Source: Candidatus Sulfomarinibacteraceae bacterium
Lineage (GTDB): Bacteria; Acidobacteriota; Thermoanaerobaculia; Thermoanaerobaculales; Sulfomarinibacteraceae
NCBI GenBank assembly: GCA_963796455.1
Contig: CAWCLO010000008.1
Span: 89,361 to 153,360 of the forward strand
DNA: 64,000 bases
Reading direction: 5' to 3'
Both the position numbers and the translations under genes were made by a program. This document shows, piece after piece, positions 40,247 through 50,125 of this stretch. The notes beneath the pieces were generated by a model, which worked only from the letters and a program-made list of their open reading frames with translations, was not told where the DNA came from and did no database searches. Each line of letters begins with the position of its first letter. The first letter of the stretch is position 1.

Positions 40247-42796
40247 GTGGTTATCAAGGGTATTCGCATCCGTAAAAAAGGCGCGGCCAAAAAAGGGTCC
40301 TCCAAGACGAGATCCGGGACGCCGCTCATTGTCGTTCTCTTTGTCGTTGCAATCGCCGGATCGGTGGCAGGTGCGCTTGGCGGCTGGATCATCGCGCAAT
40401 CTCTCCACGTGCCGCAGGTCGATCTGTTGGCCACCTTCGAACCGGCATCGACGACCCGGATCTATGGTTCCGATGGGGAGCAGGTTGCTTCGTATGCCCT
40501 CGAACAACGCGTGGTGCTTGGCCCCAACGAGATCCCAGACCACTTCAAGCAGGCTGTGGTCGCGATCGAGGATGCGGATTTCTATTCCCATGGCGGGGTC
40601 GATCCACAGGCCATCATGCGGGCTGCCTGGTACAGCCTGCTCGATCGAAAGATCGGTTCACGGGGTGGGGCATCGACCCTGACCCAACAGCTCGCCCTCA
40701 ATCTGTTTTTGAAACGTGAACGGACGATCGGCCGCAAGATCAAAGAGGCTCTGTTGGCGCTCGATATCGAGAAGAGGTACAGCAAAGATCAGATCCTCAC
40801 GATGTACGCCAACCAGGTCTTTCTCGGACACGGAGCCTATGGGGTCGAAGCGGCATCCAATCTCTATTTCCAGAAGCCTGCCAATGAGCTCAATCTTTCC
40901 GAGGCAGCATTGCTTGCCGGCATGATTCCGAGCGCCAACAACAAGTTCGATCCCATCAAACGACCCGAGAATGCCCGAATCCGGCGCGACAAAGTGCTCG
41001 CCCGAATGCTCGAACTCGGTCGTATCGACAGCGCAGCCTATGAAGAGGCCGTTGCCCAGGAGTTGGGCGCGGAACTGCACCGGGAGCAGGTGCACAGCGG
41101 CGCCTATTTTCTCGAAATGACCCGCAAAGAGATCGAACAGCGATACGGTACTGACGCGCTGTACACGAGCGGTCTCCAGGTTCATCTGACGATGGATCCC
41201 TGGATGCAGCGCACCGCAGAGCGGGCGCTGCGCGATGGTTTGGTCAGCCTCGAGATGAACTATCTCGGCTTCCGTCGTCCACCGAATGTTCTCGCCGACG
41301 AGCTGGTCGAGGCCGTTGCAGACTTCCAACACCCCTCGTGGCAGCAACTCGAGCTGATGCCGGGAGCGATGGTCAAGGCGGTAGTCGTTGCATCGGACAC
41401 GAAATCGGCCGAGGTCCGGATTGGAGAGAACCGGGCCCGTATCGATCGCGAGGCCGTCAAGTGGACCGGGTCCTCTTCGGTCAAAAGGGTCCTCAAGGCG
41501 GGTGATGTCGTGCTTGTGCGGCTGCCGGATCCTCTGAGTTGGAACGAGGAGATGGTCCTCGATGTCGACCTGATCCAGGAACCGGAGATCGAAGGCGCCA
41601 TGATCGTCATGGACAATCGTTCCGGAGCGATCCTGGCCCTGATCGGGGGATTCGATTTCGAACGATCCGAGTTCAACCGCGCGGTGCAGTCCACCCTGCA
41701 GTGCGGGTCGACCTTCAAACCTTTTGTCTACCTCACCGCCTTCGAGCAGGGCTTCACACCGGCGGACACGCTCTTCGATTCGCCCTTCCTGCTGCCGGAT
41801 GCCGAAGGCGAACTCACCTATTGTCCGAAGAACTACTACGAAAAGTACTACGGGATCACGACCCTGCGGCGGGCCCTCGAATTGAGCTACAACGCGAGTG
41901 CGGTCAAACTGCAGCAGTTGGCGGGCAGCCGGGCGGTGGTGGACACCGCAAAACGATTCGGGATCAGCACCGAGCTCCACCCCTATGCCTCCTTGGCCCT
42001 CGGGTCGCTCGGCGTACGGCTGATCGACCTCGTGCGGGCCTATTCCGGCATCGCGAATCTCGGCGTCATCCCGGAGCCTTACTTCATCAAGGAAGTCTAC
42101 GACCGTGACGGGCGGCTTCAGGAGCGCTTTTTCCCGCACTCGGAGCGGGTCATGCCCGAGGCCGTGACCTATCTCGGATTGTCGGTGCTCGAGGGCGTCA
42201 TCGAAAACGGGACCGGGATGTCGGCGAAGTGGCTCCCGGGACACCTGGCCGGCAAGACCGGGACCACCGACTCGTACTCCGATGCCTGGTTTGTCGGGTT
42301 CTCTCCGCGGATCACGGTGGGGGTGTGGGTCGGCCGCGATCGCAAAGCACCGATCGCCAGGAAAATGACCGGCGCCAAGGCTGCGCAACCGATATGGAAT
42401 TCGTTCATGGCCGCCTACCTCGAAACGCTCAGCCCCGAGGAGCGCGAACAGGACTTTCCGGTTCCGGCCGGAATTGTGTTCACCCCCGTGGATGAGATCA
42501 CGGGAGAACGCGCCGTGCCCCCGTGCAGCTATCAATCAAAAGTGATCCTCGAGGCATTTCTGGACGGCACCGAGCCCATCGATCCCTGTAGTGAAAAGAT
42601 GGGCGAAGTCGTCGAGTTGATCTGGCCCTTCCAGATGCCTTTTTACGTGCCAAAGCCCGGGGAGCCGATGCCTACGGTGGAATCGATCGAAGTGGCCGAC
42701 GAACGGCTCAAACCGACGCCGACCCCCGAGGAACAAAGGGTCCTGGATCGGGAAGCCGCCGCAGAGACCTCAGCGGCAGCGGCACAGAGCCGCTAG
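40247..42796 (+). CDS. mrcA: Class A penicillin-binding protein PBP1A
   Basis: AIEDADF and GASTLTQQL transglycosylase motifs; STFK, SYN, KTG transpeptidase motifs. Confidence 0.9.
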   Translation: MVIKGIRIRKKGAAKKGSSKTRSGTPLIVVLFVVAIAGSVAGALGGWIIAQSLHVPQVDLLATFEPASTTRIYGSDGEQVASYALEQRVVLGPNEIPDHFKQAVVAIEDADFYSHGGVDPQAIMRAAWYSLLDRKIGSRGGASTLTQQLALNLFLKRERTIGRKIKEALLALDIEKRYSKDQILTMYANQVFLGHGAYGVEAASNLYFQKPANELNLSEAALLAGMIPSANNKFDPIKRPENARIRRDKVLARMLELGRIDSAAYEEAVAQELGAELHREQVHSGAYFLEMTRKEIEQRYGTDALYTSGLQVHLTMDPWMQRTAERALRDGLVSLEMNYLGFRRPPNVLADELVEAVADFQHPSWQQLELMPGAMVKAVVVASDTKSAEVRIGENRARIDREAVKWTGSSSVKRVLKAGDVVLVRLPDPLSWNEEMVLDVDLIQEPEIEGAMIVMDNRSGAILALIGGFDFERSEFNRAVQSTLQCGSTFKPFVYLTAFEQGFTPADTLFDSPFLLPDAEGELTYCPKNYYEKYYGITTLRRALELSYNASAVKLQQLAGSRAVVDTAKRFGISTELHPYASLALGSLGVRLIDLVRAYSGIANLGVIPEPYFIKEVYDRDGRLQERFFPHSERVMPEAVTYLGLSVLEGVIENGTGMSAKWLPGHLAGKTGTTDSYSDAWFVGFSPRITVGVWVGRDRKAPIARKMTGAKAAQPIWNSFMAAYLETLSPEEREQDFPVPAGIVFTPVDEITGERAVPPCSYQSKVILEAFLDGTEPIDPCSEKMGEVVELIWPFQMPFYVPKPGEPMPTVESIEVADERLKPTPTPEEQRVLDREAAAETSAAAAQSR

Positions 42797-42840
42797 GAAT
42801 TTGGAATTCCGCATTCCGAACTCAGAATTCCGAACTCGAG
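42795..42840 (+). repeat. GAATTCC-type heptamer array at a convergent junction
   Basis: ggaatttggaattccgcattccgaactcagaattccgaactc. Confidence 0.8.
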
Positions 42841-43317
42841 TTAGAGATAGCTTTCGACGCGCTCCATGAAGCCTGCGGGTGGGAAATAGCCGGTGATCCG
42901 TCCGATCTCGCGACCGTCCGCATCGAGCATGACCACCGTCGGGAGATCGCGGACGCCGTATTCGTTCGAAATCTCGAGGCCCTCCTTCTCCACATTCAAG
43001 TTGACGGCAACCACCCTGTTGCTCAGCATGGTTGCGACCGAAGCGTCCTGAAGTGTGGTTGACTCCATCCGTTTGCACCAGACGCACCAGTCGGCATAGA
43101 AGTTGACCAACACCGTCTTGTTTTCTGCTCGGGCACGTTCGAGGGCCGCCGTGAGATCACCCTCCCACCGCACCTGAACGGTGCCGTGGTTGGAGATCGG
43201 TGCCACCGTATCCGGGGTCGCGGTCGCCTCCGGCTGCGATCGGTTGCAGCCCACGGAAACAAAGGTCGTCGCAACCAGTACGAACATGAATAGAATGGTC
43301 AATCGAGTACGGATCAC
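42841..43317 (-). CDS. Thioredoxin-family lipoprotein
   Basis: VGC lipobox; FYADWCVWCK; LPT cis-Pro. Confidence 0.88.
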   Translation of the reverse strand: MIRTRLTILFMFVLVATTFVSVGCNRSQPEATATPDTVAPISNHGTVQVRWEGDLTAALERARAENKTVLVNFYADWCVWCKRMESTTLQDASVATMLSNRVVAVNLNVEKEGLEISNEYGVRDLPTVVMLDADGREIGRITGYFPPAGFMERVESYL

Positions 43318-43484
43318 GGTTCCTCCTTGGAAGGACTGCGTCGAGGCCTCGCGCAGTCTATCACCTTTCGGCTATACAGTTCTTTGGCTGATTCGAGACC
43401 TCGGTTACCGGGAACAACCGCGGCTTGGTGAAGGCGATGACACCGTTTCTTGCACCTTGGTTCTTTGCATGGCATGATCCGCCC

Positions 43485-44714
43485 ATGCCGAGAACCGATC
43501 TTTCACTCTTTCGCCGAATCGAGCGTGCGCTTGAAACCATTGCCCTGGGACCGGACGCGCTCGAAACGATTCACAACACAGCTGATTTTCTGGCTGAGAA
43601 TTTTGCTGAGGATCTGGGGATCCAGGGTGGTCGGATCTACTCCCAGGACGACGGAAGTTTCGAGCTGGTTGAGACCTTTGGAAGTGCGTCGCGCAACCCC
43701 ATCGGTTTTCGCGTGTGGAAGACCTATCCGCCATTCGAGCAGTTGCTGGACGTCGGTTCGGTGGTGATGCGACGCGACGATCCCCGCCTCGATCAGCGGA
43801 TCGAGGCCGATCTCGGAACTCAGGAATGGTTTGCTGCGATCGCGGTTGCCGATTCGAAATATGTGCTCTCCTTTGACGTGGAGTCGACTGGAGACGATAA
43901 CGAATATCTGGTTTCCACCCTCAACATCATGCGTCTCGCGATCAACCAGAAGCTGCGTGAAGAGCGGGTGATGGGGATCATCGAGGAAGCGCGCCAGATC
44001 CAGAACTCGATCCTTCCTCGACACCTGCCCCAACCCGGTGATTTCGAGATTGCCGCGAGGTCGGTTGCAGCCGAGATCGTGGGTGGAGATTTTTACGATG
44101 TCATCACGCTCGATGAACGGAACTTCGACGTGGTGGTGGCGGACGCCACAGGCCACGGACTCCCGGCCGCTCTCCAGGTGCGGGACGTCTTCACCGGTCT
44201 GCGGATGGGTCTTTCTCGCGAGTTCAAACTGGGGCGGACGGTCCAGCGTCTGAACCGGATCATTCACCGCAGTCGATTGGCGACCAAGTTCGTGACCCTG
44301 TTTCTCGGTGAGATCGACCTCGATGGAACGGTTTTCTACTGTAATGCCGGACATCCTGCAGCGTTGCTGATCCGGGCCGACGGTTCAGTTGAATATCTCA
44401 GATCAGGCGGCATGATCCTCGGTCCAAACCCGGATGCGTCGTACACCGTCGGTGTCGAACACATCGAACCGGGTGATCTCCTGGCCCTGTATACGGATGG
44501 CATCACCGAGGCAGAGGATGGACACGACGAAGAATACGGCCGTGATCGTCTTGTTCGCACCCTGCGCAACGCCCGCCACCTCGACCCCCTCGCGATCGTC
44601 GACCGGATTTTTTCCGATGTCGACGACTTCGCCGCAAGATCGCATCCGGCAGACGACCAGACGCTGTTGGTCGTCAAGAGAAGGCCTTCCGACCCCGAGG
44701 AGATTCCAGCATGA
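43485..44714 (+). CDS. PP2C/SpoIIE phosphatase with GAF-like N-terminus
   Basis: VGGDFYD, DATGHG, NAGHP, YTDGITEA, DDQT. Confidence 0.9.
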   Translation: MPRTDLSLFRRIERALETIALGPDALETIHNTADFLAENFAEDLGIQGGRIYSQDDGSFELVETFGSASRNPIGFRVWKTYPPFEQLLDVGSVVMRRDDPRLDQRIEADLGTQEWFAAIAVADSKYVLSFDVESTGDDNEYLVSTLNIMRLAINQKLREERVMGIIEEARQIQNSILPRHLPQPGDFEIAARSVAAEIVGGDFYDVITLDERNFDVVVADATGHGLPAALQVRDVFTGLRMGLSREFKLGRTVQRLNRIIHRSRLATKFVTLFLGEIDLDGTVFYCNAGHPAALLIRADGSVEYLRSGGMILGPNPDASYTVGVEHIEPGDLLALYTDGITEAEDGHDEEYGRDRLVRTLRNARHLDPLAIVDRIFSDVDDFAARSHPADDQTLLVVKRRPSDPEEIPA

Positions 44715-45415
44715 TCGATTTCCGGCCCGCGGCATTTTTTGATCTCGAGGGATTTACTCATCGTGGAGTTTTTGACGAGTCGGCCCCGGTCTGGGAATGC
44801 CTCGGCAAGCGGCTCGCCGGTTACCTCGAATCGAGGGACGAGTGGGAAATCGAAATCGATCTTCATCCCAGTGTGCATCTGCTGGGAGAGAGGATCGCCA
44901 TCGGTCCCGGATGCACGATCGAGCCCGGGGCCGTGATCATCGGGCCCGCCGTTCTCGAATCCGGCGTGACGATTCGAACCGGCGCCTATGTCCGGCAGAA
45001 CGTGGTCTTGGCGGAAGGCAGCCTGGTCGGCGCCCACAGCGAGGTCAAGGGATCGCTTCTCCTTCCCGGTGCAAAGGCACCCCACCAGGCCTATGTCGGT
45101 GATTCGGTGCTCGGCCGGGACGTCAATCTCGGCGCGGGAACGATCTGTTCGAACGTCAAAAACGTCGGCCGTGAAGTGAGCTTTTCAGCCGGTGGAAAGA
45201 TCGTGCATACGGGTCTGCGTAAATTTGGTGCGGTGCTCGGAGATCGCTGCAAAACCGGCTGCAACACCGTACTCAACCCCGGAGTTCTGATGGGGCCCGA
45301 TTCGGTGACCTACACCAATGCCAGCATCCGGGGCGGCTACTTCCCGGCCGGGACCTTGATCAAGGTCCGGCAGACCCAACAGATCACCGAGATGCGGAAG
45401 CTGAAGCGAGGTTGA
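44711..45415 (+). CDS. Hexapeptide-repeat acyltransferase (GlmU C-terminal-like)
   Basis: Left-handed beta-helix repeats; HQAYVGDSVLG, NLGAGTIC, RKFGAVLGD. Confidence 0.85.
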   Translation: MIDFRPAAFFDLEGFTHRGVFDESAPVWECLGKRLAGYLESRDEWEIEIDLHPSVHLLGERIAIGPGCTIEPGAVIIGPAVLESGVTIRTGAYVRQNVVLAEGSLVGAHSEVKGSLLLPGAKAPHQAYVGDSVLGRDVNLGAGTICSNVKNVGREVSFSAGGKIVHTGLRKFGAVLGDRCKTGCNTVLNPGVLMGPDSVTYTNASIRGGYFPAGTLIKVRQTQQITEMRKLKRG

Positions 45416-45522
45416 AATTTCGGATTTCGAATTTCGGATTTCGAATTTTCTCTCACAAAGTCGAGTTTTTCTGCATGTGGCCGGCGATCAAATCCGAATT
45501 CCGAATTCCGAATTCCGAAATC
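45413..45522. repeat. Inverted heptamer arrays (GRATTTC / GAATTCC)
   Basis: Seen directly. Confidence 0.85.
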
Positions 45523-45531
45523 TGTCCTTTC

Positions 45532-45547
45532 TGGCACGCTCGTTGCA
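45532..45547 (+). promoter_or_regulatory. sigma54 promoter TGGCACGCTCGTTGCA
   Basis: Perfect TGGCAC-N5-TTGCA consensus. Confidence 0.85.
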
Positions 45548-45575
45548 CTCTTCAGCGATGACCGGGAGGTGGACC

Positions 45576-47714
45576 ATGAAGAAGGTCCTGATTGTTACAG
45601 TTTTCATCGTATTGGCCGGCGGCACAGTGGCCTCTGGCGAGGACGAGATGACCTCGTTGAGCTACATATCGTATCTCGAACGATACGCTACCGTTTCGCC
45701 CGCAAGTCAGGACGAGAATCTCGAGGCGGTGATCAATATGCCGCTGGTCGCCGGCGATCGGGTCGACACGGCCCGTGAGGCCCGGATGGAGGTCGTCCTC
45801 GCCGATGGCAACACCATGTGGCTGGATGAATACACCACCCTGAGTCTGGATACCGTTGCATTCAGCCGCGATGGTGAGTCGGAACGCACGGTGATTTTCC
45901 TGGCCGATGGTTCCATCATCATCGAGGTGACGGAGTTTGCCCTCACGGACAAACCGATGAGAATCGATAGCCGCGGGGCAACGGTCTACCTCGATGAACG
46001 CGGTATCTATCGGCTTCAGACGCTGCCCTCAGGCGGTCTGCGTGTCGAGGTGATGGCCGGTCTGGCCGAGGCCTCGACCTCGGCAGGCGGTGTTTTGGTG
46101 CGCCCGGAGACTGCGGCCGAGGTCGGTGGTGGCGAAGTGCAACGGTCGGAACCGAATGTGACCTGGAACGACGATTTTGCCGCCTGGGTGCAAATGCGGC
46201 GGCAAACGATCGCTGGCGAGAGCGAACAACACGTGGATCTTCGCCACTCTCGGCAAGCGGCGCAACTCGACAGTTACGGCACCTGGGTCTACGAAGATTC
46301 TCTGAACGCCTGGGCGTGGCAACCCGCGGTCGATGCCTCATGGCAGCCGTATCGTGCCGGCCGTTGGTACTGGACCCCTTCCGGGTGGTCGTGGATCTCC
46401 TACGAACCATGGGGTTGGCTGCCCTATCACTATGGATCCTGGCACCTTTCGGTTGGTTTTGGTTGGGTGTGGTCCTGGGGCGGCGTGTGGGGCCCCGCCT
46501 GGGTGAACTGGGTTCGTTGGCCCGGTTATGTGGGCTGGTGCCCGGCCGGGTTCTATGGCAACTGGTGGTATGGCCACGGAGGCTGGGGACACCCCGGCTA
46601 TGGCGGCCATCCCGGCGGCGGGCGTCCTCCCTACCCGGGTGGCGGCGGAGGTCATGCTCAGCCGGATCGGCGCAATGTGGTACCCCCAACTCGACAGGCG
46701 GACGGCAGACTGGCTCCGGAAGGATCCCAGCTTCCGACTGCCCAGACTCGAGAGGGTTCGCAGACCCTCACATCGCAGACCCGAAGGCCGTCTGAACAGG
46801 CCCTCGACATCAACGGCCGCGTGCGGATGGCCGATATCGATCGTCGCGGATGGACGGCAGTGGCCGACAGTGATTTTGCCAGCCCGAACCTGCCCCGCCT
46901 GGTTCGCGGCGGTGATCAGGTGATGCCGAGAGATGGTGATCAAACCGGAGTGGTGATGAGTGGGCCGCTGTCGACCCGTTCACCCTCGGTCGCCAACACC
47001 CGTACCGAGATCGACAGTGTATTTCGCGGTGTCGAGGCGCGTTCCAGAACGGATGTGTCGCGACTCATGGCGCGAGACAACAGCCTCAGCACTGACGCCC
47101 TGCAGACATTGGCCAAACCGACGTCTGCAGCCGCCTTGAGCCGGCGGGGCGCATCGTCATCATCGCCGGTCAACCGGCAATCGAACTCGGCTCTGTTGTC
47201 GACCGGAACCAGTTCGCCCTTCTCGACCTCGGGGACTTCCCGCTTGGCACAACCGAACCTGTATCGTCCGACGATGTACAACAATCCGGGAACCGCTTCG
47301 GGGTCTCTGGATGGCTACACCGGGTCGGGAACTCGACCTTCGGTGGCGCCGAGGACGGGTTCCGGTTCGGCCGGATCGCGGCCGGTGGTGGTGCCGCCGA
47401 CCAGTTCGTCATCCGTGGGGCGGAGCCCCGCAGGCACGTCGCGGTCGGTCTCGCCACGCGTTCGGCCGCCGAGCTCGCTTCGGACAAGCCCGAGCAGCAG
47501 GCCTACAACCCGATCGACCACCATGGGGACCCGTCCACGTTCATCGTCACCTTCGGCCAGCAGCCGGTCGCGCTCGTCCGGCGGCAGTGTGCGCTCGTCG
47601 CCAAGCCGCTCGAAACCTTCCTCCGCCAGGTCTTCGCGGTCCTCGGGAGGCAGCAGCCGATCCTCTGGCGGAACTTCGTCGAGTGGATCATCCGGCGGCG
47701 CGAGAAAGCGCTGA
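45576..47714 (+). CDS. FecR-like + DUF6600 secreted protein with Ser/Arg-rich tail
   Basis: NMPLVAGDRV, LDSYGTW, WQPYRAGRW, EPWGWLPYHYGSW, WGPAWV; GGAGG SD. Confidence 0.8.
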   Translation: MKKVLIVTVFIVLAGGTVASGEDEMTSLSYISYLERYATVSPASQDENLEAVINMPLVAGDRVDTAREARMEVVLADGNTMWLDEYTTLSLDTVAFSRDGESERTVIFLADGSIIIEVTEFALTDKPMRIDSRGATVYLDERGIYRLQTLPSGGLRVEVMAGLAEASTSAGGVLVRPETAAEVGGGEVQRSEPNVTWNDDFAAWVQMRRQTIAGESEQHVDLRHSRQAAQLDSYGTWVYEDSLNAWAWQPAVDASWQPYRAGRWYWTPSGWSWISYEPWGWLPYHYGSWHLSVGFGWVWSWGGVWGPAWVNWVRWPGYVGWCPAGFYGNWWYGHGGWGHPGYGGHPGGGRPPYPGGGGGHAQPDRRNVVPPTRQADGRLAPEGSQLPTAQTREGSQTLTSQTRRPSEQALDINGRVRMADIDRRGWTAVADSDFASPNLPRLVRGGDQVMPRDGDQTGVVMSGPLSTRSPSVANTRTEIDSVFRGVEARSRTDVSRLMARDNSLSTDALQTLAKPTSAAALSRRGASSSSPVNRQSNSALLSTGTSSPFSTSGTSRLAQPNLYRPTMYNNPGTASGSLDGYTGSGTRPSVAPRTGSGSAGSRPVVVPPTSSSSVGRSPAGTSRSVSPRVRPPSSLRTSPSSRPTTRSTTMGTRPRSSSPSASSRSRSSGGSVRSSPSRSKPSSARSSRSSGGSSRSSGGTSSSGSSGGARKR

Positions 47715-47739
47715 CCTGAATTCGGGTTATTATTGCTCC

Positions 47740-48162
47740 ATGTCTGAGCGCGAAAACACAAGCACCGATCGCCTCATCGCCGCGGCTGACGCGGCCCGCG
47801 GCCGGGCCCGGGCGCCCTACTCGAATTTTGCCGTGGGTGCGGCGGTAATCGATGACGAGGGCAGGATCCACGTCGGGTGCAACGTGGAGAACGCGTCCTA
47901 TGGCCTCAGCGTCTGCGCGGAACGGCATGCGATTGCAGCAGCGGTGGTCGCCGGTGCCGAATCCATCAAGGCTCTGGCGGTTGTCACCGGAACCAGTCCG
48001 CCGGTTTCGCCCTGTGGGGCGTGCCGGCAGGTTCTGGCGGAGTTCGGTGATTTCCCGGTCGTGCTGGCGAATTCATCGGGCGAGCGCTTGACCACCCGGG
48101 TGAGCGAGTTGCTCCCTCTGGCCTTTGTCCCGGAGTCGCTCGATCCCTCCAACCGAGAGTGA
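47740..48162 (+). CDS. cdd: Cytidine deaminase
   Basis: APYSNFAVGA, NVENASYG, CAER, PCGACRQ. Confidence 0.95.
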   Translation: MSERENTSTDRLIAAADAARGRARAPYSNFAVGAAVIDDEGRIHVGCNVENASYGLSVCAERHAIAAAVVAGAESIKALAVVTGTSPPVSPCGACRQVLAEFGDFPVVLANSSGERLTTRVSELLPLAFVPESLDPSNRE

Positions 48163-48325
48163 TTTATCTCATCGACGAGGGCGGTTTGTCCGGCGAATTC
48201 GAGTCCCGTGATCCAGGCGTTTTTTGATTTGCGGTCGGGCTTTGAATTGGATGGTCGATAGCTATAAGCTATTTATTTAAAGCATTTACCGCAATTTTGG
48301 TGAAAGTTTTACCTGTTTTATGCCC

Positions 48326-48354
48326 TTGACACTTGAGTTTTCAAAACCCATATT
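48326..48354 (+). promoter_or_regulatory. sigma70 promoter TTGACA-17-CATATT with AT-rich upstream
   Basis: Seen directly; no credible ORF follows before 48828. Confidence 0.65.
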
Positions 48355-48360
48355 GAAGGT

Positions 48361-48475
48361 GTCATCCGGAGACCGTGGGTGTTGGACGGACCTCACAGCC
48401 ACGTTAACCTCTGAAAAGGTCCGGGCGGGCATACCCGCCGAGACGAAATCCCGCATGCGCGGGGTTTCGTTATGT
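48361..48475 (+). ncRNA. Candidate structured small RNA
   Basis: Stems TCCGGA/TCCGGG, CGTGGGTGT/ACAGCCACG, ACCT/AGGT, GCGGG/CCCGC and terminator-like ACGAAATCCCGC/GCGGGGTTTCGT. Confidence 0.5.
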
Positions 48476-48724
48476 CTGGGCCGGTAGTTATATCGGTCCC
48501 GTGACATTTGGATCCTGTAGGCTCTATGTGTGCAGGCAATCGAATGAGGGGTCGTGGGGATGAGGTCGTGAGGGATTTGAACGAGGTTTCCTCTTGCGGG
48601 GGGAGATCGTAATTCTGAGACCCGCAACTCAGTTGGACTTCTCGACCCCTCATTCGATCGCCCGCATGTGGTTTGCGGTTTGAGACCTGAGGCTTGACAT
48701 ACTCCAAAGCCTGCTCGATCGTTC

Positions 48725-48775
48725 AAAGCCCCAAGCCCCAAGCCCCAAGCCCCCAAGCCCCAAGCCCCAAGCCCT
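48725..48775 (+). repeat. (AAGCCCC)7 heptamer array
   Basis: Seen directly. Confidence 0.95.
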
Positions 48776-48827
48776 CCTCATTGACGTCATCTCCGATCCC
48801 GACGACACTTCCTTCCGGGAGAGCCGC

Positions 48828-49439
48828 GTGACCGACCTCAAACACCAACTCGCCATGGAGCGCCGCCTCGAGAGGCAACGACGCCGTCGAGAGGAGTACC
48901 GGCAGGGTTTGCGCTCCTTCGCCATTGCGGCGTGGAACACGACCAAGGAACACAATGTCGGTTCTTTGGTCCGCAGCGCCCACGCGGCAGCCGCCTCGGA
49001 GCTCTTGTTGATCGGTGAGCGCGAATGGAATGTGGAGGCTGCGCGGACTTCGGAGTTGTACACCACCGTCACCCACCTCCCGGATGCTCGTGCCCTGCTG
49101 GATCACGTAGCTGAAAGGGGCTGGCAACTGGTTGCCGTGGAACTCGACAGTCGATCGGTTGGAATGTTCGAGGCCGAGTATCCGGAAAATCCTTGTTTTC
49201 TGCTCGGGGCCGAGATCGGTGGTGTGCCCGAAGAACTGTTGGATGCGGCGGAATTGGTCGTCCAGATACCCCAGTGGGGGCTCGTCCCGTCTCTCAATCT
49301 CGCGGTGGCGGGATCGATCGTCGTTTACGACTACCTGGCGAAGCTCCATCAACGCGGTGCTCTCCGGCGCCCGGACGGTGGTCTTCTCGATCCTGATTCC
49401 TCGCCCTTTGATGACAGAGATCACACCGGGAGCTCTTGA
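48828..49439 (+). CDS. TrmH/SpoU-family RNA methyltransferase
   Basis: NVGSLVRSA, LGAEIGG, IPQWGLVPSLNLAVAG. Confidence 0.88.
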   Translation: MTDLKHQLAMERRLERQRRRREEYRQGLRSFAIAAWNTTKEHNVGSLVRSAHAAAASELLLIGEREWNVEAARTSELYTTVTHLPDARALLDHVAERGWQLVAVELDSRSVGMFEAEYPENPCFLLGAEIGGVPEELLDAAELVVQIPQWGLVPSLNLAVAGSIVVYDYLAKLHQRGALRRPDGGLLDPDSSPFDDRDHTGSS

Positions 49440-49535
49440 AGCGTCGAGCTCGATTGTTGCCGGTTGTTGACGACCATTCATCCTGCTAGAGTGATTGCGT
49501 ACAGCCAACACGCGAGTTGTCCCAAGGAGGCAAAT

Positions 49536-50114
49536 ATGCGCAGCCCGACGCGACTTACGATAGTCCTTGTGATGGTTTTCCTGGCACTCTCCATTGGCGC
49601 GTGCAAAAGCAGTGGCCCCAAGATGCAGGCGCCGCCGCCGGAGCCCACCAAGGCACCGGCTCCGGAGACCACGGACGAGGTCACCGAAGAGGTGATCTCC
49701 GAACCCGAAACCGGGACCATCGTCTCTCATGAGGTGACCGAAGAGCTTCCGCAGGACCTCGCCGAGCTCAATGCCCGAGGCTATCTCCAGGATGCCTTTT
49801 TTGATACCGATCGCTATGACCTCACCCCGGCCTCAAGGGATATGTTGACGGCCAACTCAGCCTGGTTGCAGCGACAGCCCACGATCTCGATTCTGATCGA
49901 GGGCCATTGCGACGAACGCAACACCCGCGAGTACAATCTTGCCCTCGGTGAACGGCGGGCGAGCGCCGTCCGCGACTACCTCGTCTTTCTCGGCATTGCG
50001 TCGCAGCGAATCCAGATCATTTCATACGGCGAGGAACGTCCCTTTGCGCTCGGCAGCGATGAGAGCGCTTGGATGCTCAACCGCCGTGCCCACTTTGTCA
50101 TCGTCGCACGCTAG
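49536..50114 (+). CDS. pal: Peptidoglycan-associated lipoprotein
   Basis: Lipobox IGAC; IEGHCDER, YNLALGERRA, SYGEERP, NRRAH. Confidence 0.93.
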   Translation: MRSPTRLTIVLVMVFLALSIGACKSSGPKMQAPPPEPTKAPAPETTDEVTEEVISEPETGTIVSHEVTEELPQDLAELNARGYLQDAFFDTDRYDLTPASRDMLTANSAWLQRQPTISILIEGHCDERNTREYNLALGERRASAVRDYLVFLGIASQRIQIISYGEERPFALGSDESAWMLNRRAHFVIVAR

Positions 50115-50125
50115 GAGCTTCATAC

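Noticed and set aside
40658..42535. Long antisense ORFs (also 52734..54425, 29217..30461, 5853..7145)
   Set aside because: Shadow ORFs opposite well-supported genes in high-GC DNA.
48361..48475. Known riboswitch (glycine, c-di-GMP, SAM, ZTP)
   Set aside because: I could not find the conserved core motifs of these classes; retained only as an unknown RNA candidate.
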